DNA of 32,000 bases from Candidatus Saccharimonadota bacterium (GTDB taxonomy: Bacteria; Patescibacteriota; Patescibacteriia; 2-12-FULL-60-25): contig OY970357.1 in the NCBI GenBank assembly GCA_963718585.1, positions 660,001-692,000 of the forward strand, written 5' to 3'. The notes under the pieces are model-generated. The model did no database searches. It was not told the DNA's origin and saw only the letters and a list, made by a program, of their open reading frames with translations. The translations under genes and the position numbers were made by a program. Positions 27,095-32,000 of this stretch are shown here, piece by piece. How positions within the stretch are numbered: position 1 is the first letter of the stretch; the number at the start of each line of letters is the position of its first letter.

Positions 27095-28774
27095 CTATCT
27101 CACCCGTCCGTCGCTCACCGCTTTGAGGTCATGCGTCAGCCGCGTGTCATCCCCGGCAGATGTTCCGATGACGGAGACACCTGTCTGCGCATCGATCGCG
27201 TCCGCGGTCGTGGTCGCCACCAGATCCAATACCTGACCGACATCGGAGACCTTCGGCGTGATCGCGACTTCGAAGGCGAATGTCTGCGCCTCATCTCCGG
27301 TGAGGACGAGTGATGGGATCGTCCACGTGACATGATCCGACTCTGAGCGGAACGTTGCCGGGACCTGCGAAGCGGTATTCCCCGTCGCGAGGACGTCTGG
27401 CGCGAGCGGCGTCGTCAACGTCACATCTTTCCATGATGCCGTTCCCGGTCCGATCGTCGTCGCGATCCAGTAGGTCGTCGTCGCGTTCGCCTGTGGAGGC
27501 GTTGGTCCGATCCCAAGTTGGTCCCCGGTCTTCGAGGTGTACCGCGCTTCGGTCGAGATCGGGAACGTTCCACGGATCGTGCCATAGACCATCGGGTAGA
27601 CCACGAGGGAGCCGCCTGATCTTGCCGACGGTAAAACACTCCAACGGATGCCAGAGGAGACACCAGGCTCCACCGGGATCTGCAACGTTCCCGTTCCTGG
27701 CTTTGACACGTCGACGCGATCCACAAGCTTCCCGTCTGCGAGACGCGGATGAAAGACGAAGAATTGACCTCCCCCGTCGATCGACAGATATGGCACGGTC
27801 GCCATATCACTCCGCGCGTCTGAGATGAGCGGTTCGATGATCGTAAGGGTCTGTGCCGTATCATTCCGCTGAAGCGTCTCCGTATCCGTCGCGATCACCT
27901 GCGGACCATCCAAAACCTTCCACGCAAAGGTCGTACTGGTCGCCGTCACGGGATCGGAAAATAGGATCCGTCGTTCGCCGGGTCGAAGCGCTCCGAGCAC
28001 GATGGATGACTGACCGTCGATCAGGACCGAGGAGTCATCTGCGACATGGACGACCGCGATCGGGATGGTAGAAGAACCGGTGTTCTCGACCAGGATCGGA
28101 AGCGAAGCTCCGGAGGCATAGGCCTGGAACGAGCCAAAGGGCTTCGTCACGAGCGCGTTCGCATCCACGATCCGTGTCTCACTCCCCGAAGCCAGCTGCG
28201 GAAAACCGAGGAATCCGTCTTGCCGTACGGTCACACCGAACGGCACATCCATACCTTTCGGCGCCCGGACACGCACCACGATCTTGGAGGTCGCCTCCAC
28301 ACCGGGCGTGACCCGACCGAAAAAGATCGAACGATCCGCCGCAAGGGGTGGTTCAGCACGGACGATCTCCACCCAATCGGGCAGGCGCCACGTCAGGCGG
28401 ACATCTTGATGCGCATCCCCGTCTGATGCCCGGACCGTCGCTGACACCAGGATCTGCTCCGATGATGTGATGGACGGCGCCGTGAATGCGACATCCAGTC
28501 CGGTCGGCTTGGCAAAGAACAGCTGCGTGATGAAAAAGAGGTCTGCCACGAACAGCACAGTGGCCATGCCGATCAGGAAGAGGTCAAAACCGAAGACCAT
28601 CCGGGAAAACCGGTACTTTCCATGGTAGCGGGCGTGATACATCCGGCGCGCATGCGAGGTCACCGAACGAGCCGGAGCAAGGGCTACTCGGCTCCCGTGC
28701 ATCGCAAGCCCCGTCAGCTCGGTATGGGAAGGCTTGGATGCGGAGCGCGTTGGTCGCGAAGGTCGACGTGGCAT
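27095..28774 (-). CDS. Membrane-anchored extracytoplasmic protein, beta-rich, with a DUF11-like C-terminal domain (function unknown)
   Basis: Basic N-terminus, then TM segment MVFGFDLFLIGMATVLFVADLFFITQLFF. The C-terminus (TTTYWIATTIGPGTASWKDVTLTTPLAPDV...TWTIPSLVLTGDEAQTFAFEVAITP) resembles DUF11 / conserved-repeat-domain topology. Starts 3 nt after the upstream stop. Confidence 0.55.
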   Translation of the reverse strand: MPRRPSRPTRSASKPSHTELTGLAMHGSRVALAPARSVTSHARRMYHARYHGKYRFSRMVFGFDLFLIGMATVLFVADLFFITQLFFAKPTGLDVAFTAPSITSSEQILVSATVRASDGDAHQDVRLTWRLPDWVEIVRAEPPLAADRSIFFGRVTPGVEATSKIVVRVRAPKGMDVPFGVTVRQDGFLGFPQLASGSETRIVDANALVTKPFGSFQAYASGASLPILVENTGSSTIPIAVVHVADDSSVLIDGQSSIVLGALRPGERRILFSDPVTATSTTFAWKVLDGPQVIATDTETLQRNDTAQTLTIIEPLISDARSDMATVPYLSIDGGGQFFVFHPRLADGKLVDRVDVSKPGTGTLQIPVEPGVSSGIRWSVLPSARSGGSLVVYPMVYGTIRGTFPISTEARYTSKTGDQLGIGPTPPQANATTTYWIATTIGPGTASWKDVTLTTPLAPDVLATGNTASQVPATFRSESDHVTWTIPSLVLTGDEAQTFAFEVAITPKVSDVGQVLDLVATTTADAIDAQTGVSVIGTSAGDDTRLTHDLKAVSDGRVR

Positions 28775-28777
28775 AGA

Positions 28778-30778
28778 TCAAAAGGCGGAGAGTCCTTCAA
28801 CAAGGATCTCGTCGACGCCGTCATGGTTCAAGTCTGCTGCGGATACCGTGATCCCGCCGGCGATCGGCGTCGAACCAAGGACGAATTCCTTCTTTAGCGT
28901 ACCGCGAAAATCAAAGACCCGCACGCGTGGAACATCCCCCTGTCCGGACCCGACGATGATCTCATCCTTTCCGTCATGATCCACATCACCGACCGCAACG
29001 CTCACCCCGCCCGAATCCGTCGGATCAAAAGCGAAGAAGCTCCCGCCCCAGACGCTGCCGTCCGTCTTCCAGATGCGGATATGCGGTCCACCGCCCGGAC
29101 CTGCGCCCGTCACGATCTCCCGCTTGCCATCGCCGTCCAGATCTCCGATCGCAACGCGGTCACCGCCGCGAAAGTCGGCTCGATACGCGTTCCATCGCGT
29201 GATCGTCGCGCCGCGCGACGTGAGGACACGGACCTCCGGCGGGGCACCTTCCCGACCCACGATCAACTCCAATGCGTTGGAATGATCCGTGTTTCCGACC
29301 GCGAGGAAGATCTTTCCGGTGTATGTATAACCGAACGGATGCGCCGTCGCGGTCTTTCCGTTCCCGTACTGCACGCTCACGACGCCTTTTTGAGCAGAGG
29401 CCACGTCCGTCTTCCCGTCCCCGTCGATGTCTGCGGTCACGATCGTTGCGCCATTGGGGACGCCGGCGCGATGCGCAAAGAAGCCATTCTGGATCTGTGT
29501 TCCGTTCCCATCGAACGCACGGATGAACGCCCCATTCGTGAATGCACCTTCCGTCACATCTGCGGCATTTGCCTGACGGAGCAGGACAAGCCCATCTTGC
29601 GCCGCGAGGTCCACCGCGGTCACGAGCGACCCGTCATTCACCTTGGGATCCTGTGATCCCCGGATCTTCTCGAAGACGCCAGGCAATTCCATATGGACGC
29701 TCTTCGCACCACCGTTCACGATCGCGAGACCGCGCGAATAGTCACGCTCCCAAACAGAACTATTCGCAGAAGACGCGGCGCCCGTATCCTGCGGATCACC
29801 GACCGGGGCGTCGTATTCGTCATACCACCACAACACGTCATGCCCCCAATCTCCTTGATCAAAGGAATACCACCCGCCGCCCACCAGCGTGCTCGCCAGA
29901 CCGAATCGCATCTTCTGATATGCATTCGGCTGCACCTGGTTATCCGTGTTGACGTTGAGTCCCGTGAAGTTTGGATCTCGGCTTTTGTCGACCGCCGTAA
30001 GATACTCCTTCCAATTCGGTCCCCAGCTGTAACTCGGAAAGTGTTCGAAGAATGCGCCGTTCAGGAGGTCCGCATAGGCGGAACCGCCGTTCCCGATGAC
30101 GATCGCATTCGGATCCAACTGATGGATGCGCGTCAGCATCTCCCGCATCCCCTTCTGCCACGCAACGTTGTCGTCTGCCGCGCTGTCCGCGCGGCCGTCA
30201 CGATTCAGATCCAAGGCAGATTTCGCAAATCCGGAGATACCGTCGAACGTGTTATCCAAAAAAACACCGTCCCACAGCCCACTCGAGAGGATCTCGTCAT
30301 GGATGAACCGCGGAAAATATTGGTTCCACCGGATCCCGGTCGGACCCGCGGGTCCCAGATCCGTCACATTCAGCAATGTCGAACCAGGCCAGAAGTATGC
30401 ATGCTGTCCCGAAGGATCGCGGAGATACCAATCATCCTGGATCTGCGATGCGAGTTTGGCGAACGGATAATCCGACGGTTCACTGAACCGCGCCTGGGCG
30501 ATCTCCTCGCTCGGGAGGTAGGCGAAGATCTTGATCTTCGGATTGAGCCTGCGAAGTTCGCGGACCCGGTCCGGATAGCGGGCCTGCTGATCCGCATCCA
30601 AAACGACGGCATCCCATTTGGCGAGCTTCGGGAGGTCCTCCGTGCGTAGCTGCCAATTGAGATACAGGTTGATGATCTTGGGAGATCCGGCGATGTTCTG
30701 CGCGGCTTCAAGCGGCGCCGGCAGGGCTGCCGACGCGATGAGGCCGATCAAGACGGCCAGCGGCGCGAGTCGCTGCAT
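28778..30778 (-). CDS. Secreted protein: N-terminal putative glycoside-hydrolase-like TIM-barrel domain (GHL15-like) + C-terminal FG-GAP/VCBS repeats
   Basis: Signal peptide MQRLAPLAVLIGLIASAALPAPLEA. The N-terminal ~330 aa (WDAVVLDADQ...IFAYLPSEE...WDGVFLDNTFD...) resemble hypothetical GH-like family proteins. C-terminal repeats: DIDGDGKTDVA, GDLDGDGKREIVTGAGPGGGPHIRIW, GDVDHDGKDEIIVGSGQG, ADLNHDGVDEILV. Confidence 0.65.
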   Translation of the reverse strand: MQRLAPLAVLIGLIASAALPAPLEAAQNIAGSPKIINLYLNWQLRTEDLPKLAKWDAVVLDADQQARYPDRVRELRRLNPKIKIFAYLPSEEIAQARFSEPSDYPFAKLASQIQDDWYLRDPSGQHAYFWPGSTLLNVTDLGPAGPTGIRWNQYFPRFIHDEILSSGLWDGVFLDNTFDGISGFAKSALDLNRDGRADSAADDNVAWQKGMREMLTRIHQLDPNAIVIGNGGSAYADLLNGAFFEHFPSYSWGPNWKEYLTAVDKSRDPNFTGLNVNTDNQVQPNAYQKMRFGLASTLVGGGWYSFDQGDWGHDVLWWYDEYDAPVGDPQDTGAASSANSSVWERDYSRGLAIVNGGAKSVHMELPGVFEKIRGSQDPKVNDGSLVTAVDLAAQDGLVLLRQANAADVTEGAFTNGAFIRAFDGNGTQIQNGFFAHRAGVPNGATIVTADIDGDGKTDVASAQKGVVSVQYGNGKTATAHPFGYTYTGKIFLAVGNTDHSNALELIVGREGAPPEVRVLTSRGATITRWNAYRADFRGGDRVAIGDLDGDGKREIVTGAGPGGGPHIRIWKTDGSVWGGSFFAFDPTDSGGVSVAVGDVDHDGKDEIIVGSGQGDVPRVRVFDFRGTLKKEFVLGSTPIAGGITVSAADLNHDGVDEILVEGLSAF

Positions 30779-30787
30779 GATCTCTCT

Positions 30788-30816
30788 TCAATATCGAAAA
30801 TAAGCCATTTTGTCAA
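30788..30816 (-). promoter_or_regulatory. Candidate sigma-70-type promoter for the 666-aa secreted-protein gene
   Basis: Minus strand: TTGACA (30816-30811), 17-nt spacer, TATTGA (30793-30788), then 9 nt to ATG 30778. The -35 overlaps the stop codon (30813-30815) of the upstream GT4 gene. Confidence 0.45.
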
Positions 30817-32000
30817 TGTTTTCGGGCCCGGGACTGCGCCGCGTCCGCATACGTTTCCATGATCGCGGAGAGGTGCCGATCCCATCCATATTGCTCGATC
30901 GCGGCCGCACGACTTTCCCCTGCCATCTGCGCCCGATCCGAGGCATTCAACCCATTGAATCGCCGCAGGGCCCGCACCAAAGCGTCCACATCACCCGGAT
31001 CGACCAACGATCCATTGACCCCTTCGCGGACAAGCTCCGGCAACCCGCCGATCCGTGAAGCGATGATCGGCAATCCGTCCGCCATGGCCTCAAGGACCGC
31101 GAGCGGCGCATTCTCGTACCAAACCGATGGAACGACAAGCGCTTCCGCATTCCGACGGAGGGCTGCGAGGTCGTCTTTCCGTTTGAAGCCGACGAAGGTG
31201 ATATGCGACGCTCCCGCGGTTTCGACGAGTTGCTTCAGGCGTGCTTCTTCTGGACCGATCCCCGCGATCTGCAATGAAAGTTCCGGGACCGCGGCTGCCG
31301 CGCGGACCAAGACATCGACCCCCTTTTCTTGCGACAATCGTCCGGCATAGAGCAGATACCCGCCGCCGCGAGGCGCCGACTCCTGCGGCGCTTCGACCGG
31401 ATTCGGAATGACACGGAATTTGGACGGCGGCTCGCCCCAGGCGACCATCTTATCCGCCATGAACTGCGATGGTGCGATGAACGTCTGCACCGTGCGTTCG
31501 TACGATCGCATCAACTTCGTCAAACCCATTTCCGCGGCCGCGAGCAGATTCCCCGCCATCGAGGGAAAGAGACAGTGGTGCGCGACCGCCTCAAGGTATC
31601 GTCCGCCCTTGCACCGCTCACAGACCGATCCCTCCGTGTACATCTTGTAATTGGGACAGGCGAGTTTGTAATCATGCAGGGTTTGCACGCAGGGGATCCG
31701 TCGTCGTCGGACCGGCTCGAGGACGGACGTGGAAAGATGGTGATAGACGTTGTGTAGATGCACGACGTCCGGTCGTAGATCATCGAGCAGAGACTCCATC
31801 GCGCGGCGGGCATCGCGATTCCAGAGGAACGCCGCCGCTTTCACGACATCGCGTCCAACACCCTCCTTCCGGGTGTAATCGAACCGTGGAACGAAATACG
31901 ATGCATCTTTTGTCGGAAGATTATCGGGGGCTCGGGTGGAGAACACATGGACTTCATGCCCATCCGCCTCCTGCTTTGCCATCAGTCGATGCATATATCC
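30813..32000 (-). CDS. GT4-family glycosyltransferase (5' end runs off the window)
   Basis: ...GHEVHVFS...YAGRLSQEKGVDVLV...VPSVWYENAPLAVLEAMADGLPIIASRIGGLPELV. The frame stays open through base 32000 (..GYMHRLMAKQ). Confidence 0.8.
   Translation of the reverse strand, partial: GYMHRLMAKQEADGHEVHVFSTRAPDNLPTKDASYFVPRFDYTRKEGVGRDVVKAAAFLWNRDARRAMESLLDDLRPDVVHLHNVYHHLSTSVLEPVRRRRIPCVQTLHDYKLACPNYKMYTEGSVCERCKGGRYLEAVAHHCLFPSMAGNLLAAAEMGLTKLMRSYERTVQTFIAPSQFMADKMVAWGEPPSKFRVIPNPVEAPQESAPRGGGYLLYAGRLSQEKGVDVLVRAAAAVPELSLQIAGIGPEEARLKQLVETAGASHITFVGFKRKDDLAALRRNAEALVVPSVWYENAPLAVLEAMADGLPIIASRIGGLPELVREGVNGSLVDPGDVDALVRALRRFNGLNASDRAQMAGESRAAAIEQYGWDRHLSAIMETYADAAQSRARKH

Noticed and set aside
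1-32000. Alternative genetic code (UGA recoding, as in some CPR lineages)
   Set aside because: TGA terminates many well-delimited genes exactly at ATGA overlaps with the next start. Domain-complete proteins also end at TGA, so the standard bacterial code fits.

Overview
GC-rich bacterial window made up almost entirely of cell-envelope glycan and surface-protein genes. Standard genetic code: TGA is used as a stop, including in eight ATGA stop/start overlaps. (1) Bases 1-15765, minus strand, form one tightly packed operon of about 14 genes. It holds two GT2 polyprenyl-phosphate glycosyltransferases, several GT4 glycosyltransferases, five SAM-dependent methyltransferases, a 929-aa GT4/GT-B/polysaccharide-deacetylase fusion, UDP-glucuronate decarboxylase and two AsnB-type amidotransferases. 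One AsnB paralogue is frameshifted and one GT4 gene is broken into four frames. (2) A divergent GT4 gene (15807-16976, +) ends at a clean bidirectional terminator. (3) A Wzy_C/O-antigen-ligase-family membrane protein with C-terminal TPRs lies at 17012-19384 (-). (4) A 121-bp tandem repeat array (19525-20366) has a stand-alone GIY-YIG nuclease gene inserted inside one repeat unit. (5) A 1270-aa secreted protein with repeated beta-domains (S-layer/adhesin-like) has its conserved C-terminus displaced into another frame. It lies downstream of an ECF sigma factor and a DUF5667-type anti-sigma pair. (6) A small HTH protein gene is followed by two inverted heptanucleotide microsatellites. (7) A further minus-strand envelope cluster encodes a DUF11-like membrane protein, a secreted GHL-like/FG-GAP protein and a GT4 that runs off the window. 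The gene content resembles Patescibacteria/CPR (Parcubacteria-like) MAGs, but that is inference only. The ORF track translates GTG/TTG starts as M. Several starts were re-called to internal ATGs that create ATGA overlaps with the upstream stop. No CRISPR array, tRNA, rRNA, transposase, integrase or recognisable defence system was found. The most unusual element is the GIY-YIG-in-repeat locus.
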